Assembly: GCA_043228905.1 (NCBI GenBank)
Contig: JBHGNT010000008.1
Coordinates: 1,860,001-1,924,000 of the forward strand
Source of the DNA: Azolla caroliniana
Taxonomy: Eukaryota; Plantae; Polypodiophyta
Reading direction: 5' to 3'
DNA: 64,000 bases
In this document: one piece after another, positions 47,853 to 59,572 of the stretch
How positions within the stretch are numbered: position 1 is the first letter of the stretch
Layout: each line of letters begins with the position of its first letter
Program-made: the position numbers and the translations under genes
The notes under the pieces: model-generated
Seen by the model: only the letters and a program-made list of their open reading frames with translations
Databases searched by the model: none
Told to the model about the DNA's origin: nothing

Positions 47853-50800
47853 AAGGTGACGCAACCCAAGCGCACCCGAGAATTGCTGCAACTTGTCCAA
47901 ACAAAGAGGCTTGGTGAAGATGTCGGTGTTCTGCCGATCCGTCAGAACATACTGAAGTTTGACTTCACTAGAGAGGACACGCTCACGGACGAAATGGTAG
48001 TGCACCTCAATGTGCTTAGTTCGGGCGTGGAAGATGGGGTTCTTAGCTAGCTGGATGTTGATGAGGTTGTCGCAGTAGATTGTCATTGGATCGGTTACCT
48101 CCACTTGCAAATCCTTAAGTAGCCGCTTCAACCATATGGCTTTGCATGTCGCGATAGCCACTCCTCTATATTCGGCTTCAGTGCTCGACACCGCAACTAT
48201 CCGCTGCTCCTTGCTACTCCACGTGATCACGGCACTCCCAAGAGAGAACGCAAAACTGAACGTGGATCGGCGATTGTCGGCGTTTCCGGCCCAATCAGCA
48301 TCGGTGTAACTGACCAACTGCGCGGCAGTATCGGTCTGATATAGTAGCCCCCAGTCCTTAGTGCCACTAACGTACCGGAGTATGTGTTGTGCGCACTGAA
48401 GGTGCTCCTCGGTCGTTTGCACAATGAACTGACTAATCACCCTGACCGGGTAGCTGAGATCTGGTCGAGTGATGGTCAAGTATATAAGACTTCCGACTAT
48501 CTGTCGGAACCTCATCCGATCGCATACCTTCCTGGAATCGGGATGAAGCTTGACGGTTCTATCCAGAGGAGTCGAGACGGACTTACAGTCGGCCATCCCG
48601 AATTTGAAGAGCATACTTAGCACGTAATTCCGTTGGTTGATCAGTATGCCTTCGGGGGTGCGCATCACTTCGATCCTGAGGAAGTAATGAAGGTCCCCCA
48701 AATCCTTCATGTCGAATGATGTCGCAAGTTGGAGCTTCACGTGGTCAATCTCACCTAGGTCGGCGCCAGTGATGACCAAGTCATCAATATAAAGTAAAAT
48801 GCTAACCGGCCCGAGTTGACCTTTCCAGATGAACAGTGAGGAATCCGATGTTGACGTCGCAAAGCCCAACCAACGCAATCATTGCGTCATCTTCACGTTC
48901 CAGGCACGCGGGGCTTGCTTTAGTCCATAAAGGGACTTCTTCAATCGGCACACCGCCGAAGTGTTCGTTCCAGAGTGAAATCCGGGGGGTTGTACCATGT
49001 ACACCTGTTCCTCAAGCTCACCTTGTAGGAACGCATTCTTTACATTCGTCTGATGTAAGTGCCACCCCTTTGCCGCAGCTACCGCGAGCAAAACACGGAT
49101 AGTCGTCATCTTCGCGACTGGCGCAAACGTCTCATCGTAGTCGATGTCGTGTTTCTGCGCATAAGCTTTCGCTACTAACCGGGCCTTGTATCGGTTGACC
49201 GAGCCGTCGGTGTTGTACTTGACCTTGTACACCCACCTACATCCAATCAGATTCACACCCTTCGGTGCGTCAACTAGGTCCCAGGTTTCATTCTCCGCCA
49301 ATGCGCGCATCTCTTCCTACAGTGCGGCACGCCAATTCGCGACTTTCGCCGCTTCTGTGTAGGTCTCCGACTCACGCACTTCCGCTACACAGGTCATGTA
49401 CGCATAGTGATGCGCCATGTACTCGTTGTATCCGAACCGCATAACAAGGTTCTTCTGGCGGGTAGATCAGCGTATTTGTTCATTAGCTGATGTTGAGGCT
49501 TTCTTAACCCTAAACTTCCCTCAGAGTCGGACTCACGTCAATCCGATTCATTCCTTTCCGTGTCGTAATGTGACACCTTGTTCTTCCCTTTATCCTTGCG
49601 CGTAAGCCGACTCTTCATCGGACTGGTCGAACCGACTCAGTCGTCCATCCGGTTCGCTTAACCGAAACGAAATCGGACTCTCTTCCCAAGTTCTGATTTC
49701 AGGCTCATCTAGAGGCATCTCGGCCTCGCTAACCTCATCGTCAGAACACGGATTGGAGGTGAGGTCCAGAGTCGGAGGCCAGTACCAGGACGCGGACTCG
49801 TCAAACACAACATCGCGGCTCACGCGCGCTTGTTTGGTGTGAGGGTTATAACACTTATAACCCTTCTGCTCGTCGAAATAGCCGACCAAGATACACTTCT
49901 CGGCTTTCGCGTCCAACTTCCTCCGTTTCTCTTTCGGTACATGCACATATGCAATGCTACCGAAGACTCTCAAGTGTCGTAGATTCGGCTTCGTTCCGAA
50001 GTATAGCTCATGCGCCGACACCTTTTCTCCAATCCGATTCTGGATATAGACCGCGGTTCGTACCGCCTCGACCCAATAGAACTTGGGCAAGCTCTTCTCC
50101 TCCAGCATTGCCTACGCCACTTCCACAACCGACCAATTCTTCCTCTCGGCCACGCCGTTTTGCTCTGGCGTGTATCTACAAGAGAATTCGCGTTGAATTC
50201 CCATCTGTTCCAGATAGCCGTTAAATTGACCGGAAAAGTACTCTTTTCCACCATCCGATTGCAAGCACTTGATCTTTCGTCCTATTTCTGTTTCCACGAA
50301 CCCTTTGAGGTCCCGGAAACAGTCGAAGACTTCACTCTTCTTCTCGACGAGGTACATCCACGTGTGCCGCGTATAGTCGTCGATGAAGGAGACAAAATAT
50401 CGACTCCCGCCAAGACTAACGTTCTGTGCCAGCCCCCATACATCGGAATGTATTAGGTCAAGCTTGTTCCGGCTCCGGTTACGCTCATTTGGGAAAGGAA
50501 GTCGGTGTTGCTTGCCTAGCTGGCAAGCTTCACAAATTTGTGCCTTCTGGCCACTAAATTTGGGCAATCCGAACACAACTTGTTTCGATTGCAGGTCCTA
50601 ACGCCATTATAGTTGATGTGGCCTATCCGCTTGTGCCATAAGTCGATATCTAACTCGACTTTTTGTCCTTTTGTGAACTGTAAAAAGTAACCTGCGGAAG
50701 CAAGTATGAAGACCGAATAGAAGGAAGAAAACTCAGGTTTAATAGAGAGCTTGAGCGTACGGAGTATACGCGGGAGAGACAGAGAGAGTGAGAGAGAGAA

Positions 50801-51398
50801 AACACAAGAACTATATTCAACAAAAGATCTCGATTCACGACTCTATACATATGTGTGTTCCATGAACACTTTTATACAAGTCCTCGAAGGACTGACTGAA
50901 GTACTGACCGTACTTCAATGCTCTTTAAGAGCTCCTACACTAACTCCCAAATATATTCCTCACGGAATATCTTTCCTAACGGCCTCCCGGTTTACGCACT
51001 CGGCCTAACCGATCGGTCCCAACCGATCCGGTCCTCGGCTTCTTCAGCCGATCCGGCCGATGTTGAGCTTGTCTCTCAACACGAACATTGCGGTGCCACC
51101 GTCTCTGCGCCCTTGCGCAATAACTCGGCCTTCTTTCTCGATAAAGCACCCGAGATGCGTGAACCGGACTTGCATCCCCTGGTCAACGATCTGCCCGACC
51201 GACACTAGATTCTTCGTGATTGTCAGGACGTGTAACACGCTCATGAGTTTCCCTTTCTGCCCGACATGGCTCAGGGGAACTTCACCAACATTCGCGATCG
51301 GATGCGGAGTGTTGTCTCCGGTTGCGACTACTCCTGGTGGCATCCATTTTTTCCAGGTACGAGAACCACTCCTTGTGGCATGTCATGTGATTTGACGT
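47853..51398 (-). pseudogene. pol: Copia-B'' pol (RH, RT, IN, PR) interrupted by a solo LTR
   Basis: ORFs 47850..48878, 48879..49310, 49590..50108, 50112..50576 and 51044..51343. Confidence 0.92.
50679..51081 (-). repeat. Copia-B solo LTR, TSD TGAAC/CGAAC
   Basis: Complete LTR with no PBS or PPT; the host pol sequence is continuous across it. Confidence 0.93.
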
Positions 51399-51622
51399 TG
51401 TCGTGAAGATTTTCGTCCATAGGCGGAAACCGGGGTGGAAAGGACAAGTCGGTGGTGTGCAACATGTGCACACGTGTACTAGGAAATGGTGTATAGAAAT
51501 AAGAGGGGAAATTCTGTCCCACATTGTAAGGTCCCTCCCTCCTTGGGCTATAAAAGGAAGGGAGGGGTCACTTATGAAGGGTTTCCTATTTTGCGTATGA
51601 AAGGTATACCACTTAGTGTAGA
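51399..51622 (+). repeat. Truncated Gypsy-W-type LTR
   Basis: Starts TGTCGTGAAG after ACGT, is similar to 52181-52460 and has TATA CTATAAAAGG. Confidence 0.7.
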
Positions 51623-52180
51623 GTGCTTAGATACCTCATCCTCTTCGGATCGACTTAAGCGATAAGGACGTATACTTATTGGTGCAACGCCAGGTACAAT
51701 ATCTATACGATGGTCTATATTACGTTTAGGAGGTAACCCATCTGGTAGTTCACTCAGAAAAACATCACGAAAATCATTGAAGATTTCATCAAGTTGTTGT
51801 TGTTCAACATATGTTAAGTGAACCGAGACATTATCGATATTGTAAACGTGAATGTCCGGATCAAGTGCACAATAAAATAGAGTAGAACAAGACAACTTGG
51901 ATATTGATGGCCATGAGGAAACAATCGAGAGAGATTGTTTTTTGACACATTGAATAAAATGAGTACAGTCATTCAGTACAAATGTAATTGAATGATGAAC
52001 CCAATCAATAGATAAAGAAGAGCTTTTATTATAGAACCAGGAATAACCCAGTATTACATCGGTGGTACAAAGATTCATTACATGGAAATCTACTTCCTCT
52101 ATATAAGTGTCAATAGAAACTCCTAATGAATGAATCGCCCCATTGATGTATTGTACTCTTCCATCAGCCAAGTGCACCGT
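51623..52180 (-). pseudogene. pol: Fragment of a different (chromovirus-like) Gypsy pol: protease C-terminus and RT linker
   Basis: DVILGYSWF and FRDVFLSELPDGLPPKRNIDHRIDIVPGVAPISIRPYRLS; AT-rich, unlike its neighbours. Confidence 0.75.
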
Positions 52181-52764
52181 TGTCGTGAAGAATTTCGGCC
52201 AGAGGTGGAAACCGGGAAACATTGTCTACATCGGCGGGGTGCAGCGTGTGTACGCACCCATGTACATTTGGTGTGAATATCGAGGGCGCCTTTATGGCGC
52301 CGAAGAGTAGTCAAGTCGGGGCAGACGATCCCATGTAAGTCGGGATTTGTCCCACATTGTAACGCATACCTTTCCTTGTTTTATAAAAGGAAGGGAACGC
52401 CCTTTGTGAAAGGGTTGCCCGTTTTGCATTAGAGGGTATACCATTAGGTTTAGAGTTAGGTTTTCTTGTTCTCCTTCTTCTCCCCCTTCGTGTTTTGCTT
52501 AGGGTTTGCTTTGGTTCGGCCTCCTGTGCAAGACCCCGCTCGGCGCGATGAGCTGAGAGCTCCCCGACTGGCGGCTTGGCAGCTGACGACTACTGTAACC
52601 TACCTTGGACCGGCTCGAAGCCGGGAATGTATTCTTCTTTATATATATATATATATATATATATACATTTGCGTCTGCCTGTGTATATCCGCGTCTCTGT
52701 TGGTGTCGGGTGCTTCCCCTCTCCTGTGTTTTCTGTACATAAGGGCGTGAGTCGGGTCGGGCTA

Positions 52765-52796
<32 letters not shown>

Positions 52797-52805
52797 AGTT
52801 GGTGT

Positions 52806-52850
<45 letters not shown>

Positions 52851-52980
52851 GGAAAAGCGCACCCCTTTTTGGGGAACTATTTAAGGAGAGGAGAGGAGGA
52901 AGAGAAGACATTGCGCATTAGGGAGGACGAAGTGTTGCAGGACTAAGTGCCGAACTCAAGGGTGGTCGGGTGGATCGACA
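52181..52980 (+). repeat. Gypsy-W-type LTR sequence with (TA)n, (GT)n and (CT)n microsatellites; right end uncertain
   Basis: TGTCGTGAAG start after CCGT; microsatellites at ~52640-52665, 52765-52796 and 52810-52846; 52860-52955 resembles LTR 27600-27695. Confidence 0.55.
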
Positions 52981-54034
52981 CCCTTCTTTCTCTCTCTCCT
53001 TTCTATCTATTTATCTATTTTCTATCCTTATCTAATGCTTACATTAGTCTATGTCTCTAATAGTCACTCACCCAACCACCCCCGAGCGAAGGGATCGAGA
53101 CAGACTCGAGCCTCGATTGGCGTCCCATACCACCGTCGTGGCGTCGAGTCGTACCTGGTGTTGGCGCACTCGCTACAAGAGTTGATCCACCACAAGCCAG
53201 AGTCTCAACGTAGTCAACAAGATAATGAAATGAGGGTAGCTAGGCCTCTTATTTATGGCGATACCCAAGGCCCCCAGCCATGTTCACATTTGGCCTAATG
53301 GGTTTTCTCAATCCCGATGATTAAAAGTAATCCTCCCCTTCTTTACACTCTCGTTTAACCCTCACACTTATCCACGTTGTCGTGCCTTTCGGCTCCGGAT
53401 CGTTGCGTGAGTCGGGTGGGAACCACAGAGGTCTTGGACTAGGAGAAAAGAAGTTCGTGAGATAGAGATTAATTATGAGTAAATAGCAAAGAGAAAGATA
53501 AGAAACTCGTGAATCACACGAGTATACTATATTAATTGGTACTTAGGGTGTTAAGAGAGAAATAGATGTATAAATCGTGAATCCCACGAATAATTTTTGT
53601 ATTAATTAATTCTTAATCCAAATAATCAACCCCTTTTACATATTTCTCTCCTCCTTATATAAGGAAAGAAGAGCTAAGCATGGCTTCATGCCTTTTTTTT
53701 TTTTACAAAAAGTGTTCATGTCCACTAAATGTGCATGTGATGCTTTTTTATTTCCTAAGTATAGGGCTCATGCACGCTAGATGTGCATGAGTTATTTTTA
53801 GTGTCTCGCGTTTTTCTTTTTCATATATTAAAAAAAATACACGATTTACCTTTTAATAAAGGTATGCATAAATAAAGGTCTTATACGTATTAAATCTATA
53901 TTTAAAACACTTAAGATAAGTTAATGTAATGGTAAGGTTGGGGTTTGTCAACGTGGAGGTGCAGAGTTCGAATCACGCCCTGCGCAGTAGTGAGTATTTC
54001 CTTTCTTTTTACATTTATGTCTCTTTATCCGGCT

Positions 54035-54172
54035 CTTCCTTGCCGGTATGCCGTTTTCTTCCTTGCCGGTATGCCGTTTTCCTCCTTGCCGGTATGCCGT
54101 TTTCCTCCTTGCCGGTATGCCGTTTTCTTCCTTGCCGGTATGCCGTTTTCCTCCTTGCCGGTATGCCGTTTT
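54035..54172 (+). repeat. 23-bp tandem repeat x6 in the Gypsy-W3 3' LTR (x3 at 60268-60336)
   Basis: Unit C(T/C)TCCTTGCCGGTATGCCGTTTT, head-to-tail, with no spacers. Confidence 0.95.
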
Positions 54173-54244
54173 CTTCCGGTTCTCACCGAGCACTCCATTC
54201 TCTATCCGGAGGGACAAAAATATAATTTCCACATAGTGTGCAAC

Positions 54245-57200
54245 CTACACTACGACACTCGCCCCCTCCAAACCCGCACATCCTCCGGTATGTGCCGAAG
54301 TTCTTGATTCTTCGTATCCGTCTTCATCCGAAGCTTCCTCCGATTCTCCCCTTATGTCGACTATGAGTTGTAATCCACTTTCTTCGCTTCCCGCATCATT
54401 GTGGTCTTCGTCCGATTGCTCCTCGTTGTCGGCCTCGACTTGGATCACATAAGGTTTGTCGTCGGTCCGCTTCTTGAAAATCTTCACCCGCTTCCCGGCT
54501 ATAGGCACTCGTAGTATTGTTCCATCCAACTCGGACAGTCGGTACGTCCCGTTGTCGAAGACCTTCCGAACCTCGTACGGCCCGAACCACCTTTTCGCGA
54601 ATTTCCGCATCGTTGTATGTTGATGGTCCAAGCTACTATCATAGACGATCACCCAATCTCCTTCTTCAATCCTCCTCGGTCGTAGTCGGTGCTTTGTGTC
54701 GAACCGGCTTTTGTTCCGGAACCGTGCTTCTTGTTGTCGGCGTGACGCTTCCGCTACATCTTTCGGTCTTCCCTCCAGTTGTCGTATCCGGACCGCTAGT
54801 AGTTCTTCCCGGCTCATCTCTTCCTTCCACGGTAGTATTGTCCATGTCGCGATTGCGGTTTCCGTTGGCATTACCGGTGCTTGTCCGGTCATGAGTTCTG
54901 CCGGCATGTAACCGGTCACGGAGCTATGCGTCGTCCGATCCGCCCATAGTGCATACGGAAGCATTTGTGGCCAATCCTTCACCCTTCCGTCGCATGCCTT
55001 CGCAAGTGCTTTCACGATCGGACTATGTCCTCGTTCGATCTTCCCGTTGGCCTCCGGATTGTAGGCCGTTGTCAACGTTAACCGAACTCCATGTTTGGCG
55101 AAGAATCCCCTAGCTTTGTCCGAGTCGAGTTCTCCCCGGTCCGCAATCACTTGTCCTACGCAGCCGTACCTACAAAACACTTCTTCCAAAAGAAATTGGC
55201 ACACCGCGGCACACGTTTTCCTCCGAAGCGCTCGACCTTCAACTTGGTTTGTGAGATCTTCTCGAGCTAACACCAAGTATTTCTTTTGTCCAATCCCGGT
55301 CGGCATAGCTACAATGTCGACCATCCACTTGAAGTTGATTGTCGGTGAGAATGTCGGATGCAGCTCATCTCGGTGTCAGACCCCGGAGTAGACTTGACAT
55401 TTCTCGCAGCTTTCTGTGAACTCCGCGACATCTTTATACATGTTCTTCCACCAATACCTTTGCTTGATTTTCACAAAAGTTGCCCATGTTCCTCGATGTC
55501 CAGCCCAATCGGATTCGTGGAACTCGGACATTATCCGGTTTCGTTGCTCTTTCGTCCCGACTACTCGAAGTGGTATCCCATCCGGTCTTTTCGGCGTCCT
55601 CCATATTAAACCGTTTTCCAAGAAGAACTTTTGGACTTGCCTCTTCTTCCTTCGGATCTCGGCTCTCCTTTCTTTATCATTGGTTGAATCCTCGACCTCT
55701 TGTAGCATCTTCCCGATCATCAAGGTTTCCCCCTCGTATTCTTCTTCCCGGAATTCTCGGATCACGTTCACTCGGCATATGTGTTCTGACGTGAAGTAGT
55801 CTTCGGAAACTTCTTCATTATCTGATTCGGTTATGTCCTCTTCAAATCGCGCCCTCGATAACATGTCCGCTACCGCGTTGTCCTTCCCCGAGATGTGTCG
55901 AACCTCCGGATTAAGTGACTTGACATATGCAATCCACCTTAGCATAGCCACATCCGGTATCGTACAACACCGCATCATCCCGAGTATCGGAAGACAATCC
56001 GTCTCGATCACCACTTCAGCTCCGATCAAATAATCCCGATCCGATTTTATCGCCGACACGACTCCCCACAATTCTCTTTTGACTTGTGCATATCCGCGTT
56101 GCCTTTCGTTGAGGACCTTTGCTCCAAATCGGATCGAATACCGCGAACCAACCGAGTCGGCTTGATTGATGACCCACCCGATACCGGTTGGACTTGTATC
56201 AACCGTTACTATGATTGGCCGCTCGTAGCTTGGCTTCTTAAGTGATTCCGCCCTCCATAGTGTCTTCTTGAGCTTCCTCATGGCTTTAGTGTGTTCCGGT
56301 TTCCACTCGAATTTCTTACCTTTCCGCAACAAGTGATAGAGCGGGTCCGCTATATGTGCATAGTGCGGAATCCATATGTGATAGAATGCACACGCACCCA
56401 GAAACCTTCGGACTTCCGATGTTGACTCACATACTTCCTTCATAGCTTGAATCGCATCGATCTTTGTTGGTGACGGTCTTCGGCCGTAGGGTCCACATAG
56501 ATGTCCGACCACCAATATTTCTTCTTGCCCGAATGCCGATTTCTCCCCGGAAAGTGTTAGGTGCACATCTTCTAGTTTTCGCAACACTTTCTCGCAATCA
56601 TGAATATGGTCGACCACGAACTTTCGGCATCCCCGATCATCCATAGTCTCATCTTTTTCTTCCACCGCGCATCCTTTCATCGGAATGTCATCTAGAAACG
56701 GCATCGTTATCTCCGGGATGCAATCTCGAAGCACCTTGTTCATCGCGTTCATCATATGTGCAACCGAGTTTGTCGCTCCTTGTGGTAGTGTGCACATTCG
56801 AACTAGTCCTATCGGTGTCCGCATGGTAGTGATGTCTCGGCTCTCCACGGCTAGTTGGAATTGATCATACCCCGAGTATAGGTCCCCGATGGAGTATATC
56901 GCACGTCCGGCAAAAGCTTCCGCAAATTCGTCCACTATCGGACCGACTCCCGAGTTCCGGATCGTGACCTTATTCACCGGTTGCAAGTCTTGGATAAATC
57001 GGAGTGACCCATTCTTCTTCGGAACCGTAAACCATCGATTTGAGTACGGAGCACTTGATGGCTCTAGAATCCCCATCGCCACCTTCTCCTTGAGCAAGTC
57101 GATGACTTTCGGAATATGCGCCCGTGGCACCGGAATCGGCTTCAGATTCCACGGTACATGGTCAATCGTAAAGATCACCATCGGCTCCACTATTCTCGGA

Positions 57201-57850
57201 TCGACGCATCCTATCTCCCTTGATGTAAATGCAAACGCTTTGCCGTGTTGCTCCAACATCTCGCGAAACCGTTCTTCTTCTTTCTGTAATAGGAACCCAC
57301 CTCCACCGATCCGAAGTTTCTTCCGGGTCTCATCCGTGAAGGCATGTCCGATATCCACGGACTTCCGAAGTGTCGGATCTCCCGAGACTTCTTTCTTCTT
57401 TTGTTCGCTATCGGCGGGTAGTGGTCCCGCGGCCGGTTTCACCTTCTTCTCCACGGTCTTGTATTTCGTACTTACCATTGCTTCTTCTTTGCGGAGCGCA
57501 TCCGGCCCCATTTTCGCAACGATCTCGTACATCTCGACCGATTCCACCGGGACTACCCGGTTCCCTTGGCTTTTATCTTCCGCAAGCTCTTCAAGCCGTT
57601 GTAGTGTATTCCCATAGAACACTTCCTCGATCACTCCCACGATTTCTTCGTCTTCTTTTATTATTGATGCCGACCGTAACTTATCCTCCACTTGTCGGTA
57701 TTGTTTCTTCATTCCTCCGGTTACGGCCGTGTACGTAGATGCCCCATCCGGGCCGATTCGTACTTGTTTTGCTCCGAGAGTTTTCTTCCTGTGTGGGGTA
57801 TCAGGGCTTCTCGGACTATCACTTCCCCACTCCGCAACAGTCCGCTTTAA
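54245..57850 (-). pseudogene. pol: Gypsy-W3 pol (RT-RH-IN), nearly intact with one in-frame stop at 55376
   Basis: ORFs 55376..57712 (778 aa) and 54245..55324 (359 aa) are in the same frame, which is open up to the slippery site at 57850-57856. Confidence 0.95.
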
Positions 57851-59572
57851 AAATCCATTCTCACTTGGGACAAGAGTTCCCTCTTGTTCCTTTCGTGATT
57901 TGCCAGCACCGTTAGGAATTGGACGGATTTCCCTCCGTTTTGGCTCCGAATTCGCGCAAAAGCCGCACCACTATCGAGCACCTTCGTCTCCATCCGTGAA
58001 GCCGTGATAAAGGGTTGGCCGAGGATGACAGAATGTGAAACCTCATCCTGCACAAAGAAATTTTGGTCAATTTCGACATCCCCGATCTTTACCGTCACAT
58101 CCGGACAAGCCGCAAATAGGTCTTCTGTCGTTTTCGTGGCTGCCCGAATCTTCCATCCATGGTTGGTGTTTATAGGCCACTTCCCCTTTCGGTAGAACTC
58201 CTTGGACATCAAGTTGATCTCCGATCCGTGATCAATCAATGCTAGCACGGGTTCTTTGATGTTGCCGATTCGGACCGGAGTCTCCGTAGTCGCACGTGCC
58301 CAGTGTGGCCTTGTATAGTGGGAGTTCGGAATTTCGCCTTCCACTTCGGTGTCGTTCATTGAAACGGTATTTGCATTCACCCTTGGAGCATTTTCCTCCG
58401 TACTTTGTCTCTTCCTTTTCACGAGATCCACGAGAAGATCGTGAAACTCCTTCTTCGCTATTCCGAGTAGTTCCCGTAGCGAAAAATCTACCCGGCCAGA
58501 AAGACGCCTTCGCTCCCGATGACTCCCCGACACATATTCCCGCGGTTGTCGCATAGTTGCTTCTTGCCGCTAACTCCTCCTCGAGCACCTTCTTCATGCC
58601 GCCTTTCCGGAAGTTCGGTCGGAGTGGCTTCCGAGAGTCCATCGAATGAATCCGGTTTCCCTCGTAGTAGATGAGATCCCGTCGTAGCGCCTCCTTATGG
58701 TCGTCGCAATCCCTCCGATCGTGTTCGGCGCTATCACACCATATGCACCGTCGATCCGTATATTTGGAGCTTGTGGGGCGGTCATCCGACTTCTTCACGA
58801 TCGCGATCTTTAGATTCTCCATCTCCTTCAGCAGCTGCTCCACCGTAGACGCGTCGACTCCCTTCTCGGCCGTAATCTCCCGAGCCCTCGGTTGATGGTC
58901 TTCCAGTCCCGTTCTCGGTTTCGGAATCGGTTCCGAAACCCTCTTTTCTTCGTTGGCAAGCCATTGCCCCCTCTTCGTGTACCGCGCGACGATATCCCGC
59001 ACGCTTTCCCATGTTTCGGTGAGGCCGCTTTCGGTGGTCGTGTCCTCAAGAAGCACACCGAGATCTTTCCGGTCCCGGACATCCACAGCTCGCAAAAACA
59101 TGATGACTTTGTCCGGTGCAAGAATAGTTTGATCTCTCGCGGACAACCTCCCGAACTGACTTTCGAATGTCGAAAACACTTCGAGGACCTTCAGCCCCTT
59201 ACCTGACGTTTCCACCCAATCCTCGAATCCCCTTCGCGTTGCCTTGGAGGAGTCCTCGATGGCAAACGTGGTCTTTAACGCCTCTTCGAATGCTTCCCAC
59301 GTCGGATTTTGTTGTTGCAACCCGTGGATACTCCCTTGAAGCCCGTCGGTCGCCACCCGGTTAAAGGATGTCACTTGCAGTCCTTCCGAAGCCCGGCACC
59401 GGAGCATCTCCGCCTTGTAGTCCTGCAAATATCGCGACACATCCTTACCATTAAATTGCCCGTTGCGTTGCACGAGCCGCTCTACTGATGCCGAAATCTC
59501 CGACATCGTGCGTTGTTCTTGAAGCATCCGTTCGAACATCGCCATCATATTGTTAGCTTGTTGAGCCTCCAT
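57847..59572 (-). pseudogene. gag: Gypsy-W3 gag-protease with a frameshifting internal deletion at ~58493
   Basis: CIWCDSAEHDRRDC and ALIDHGSEIN. The segment between FWP and VDFSLRE that is present in Gypsy-W2 is missing. Confidence 0.92.

Noticed and set aside
53118-53134. PBS-like TGGTATGGGACGCC on the minus strand
   Set aside because: No adjacent LTR terminus, and a poor match to tRNA-iMet beyond TGGTAT.
53915-53990. Functional tRNA gene
   Set aside because: A/B boxes are present, but the acceptor, anticodon and T stems do not base-pair. Kept only as a tRNA-like promoter remnant.
54035-54172. 23-bp repeats (and the 16-bp repeats at 4972-5043) as a CRISPR array
   Set aside because: The units are head-to-tail with no unique spacers, lie inside LTRs, and there are no cas genes.
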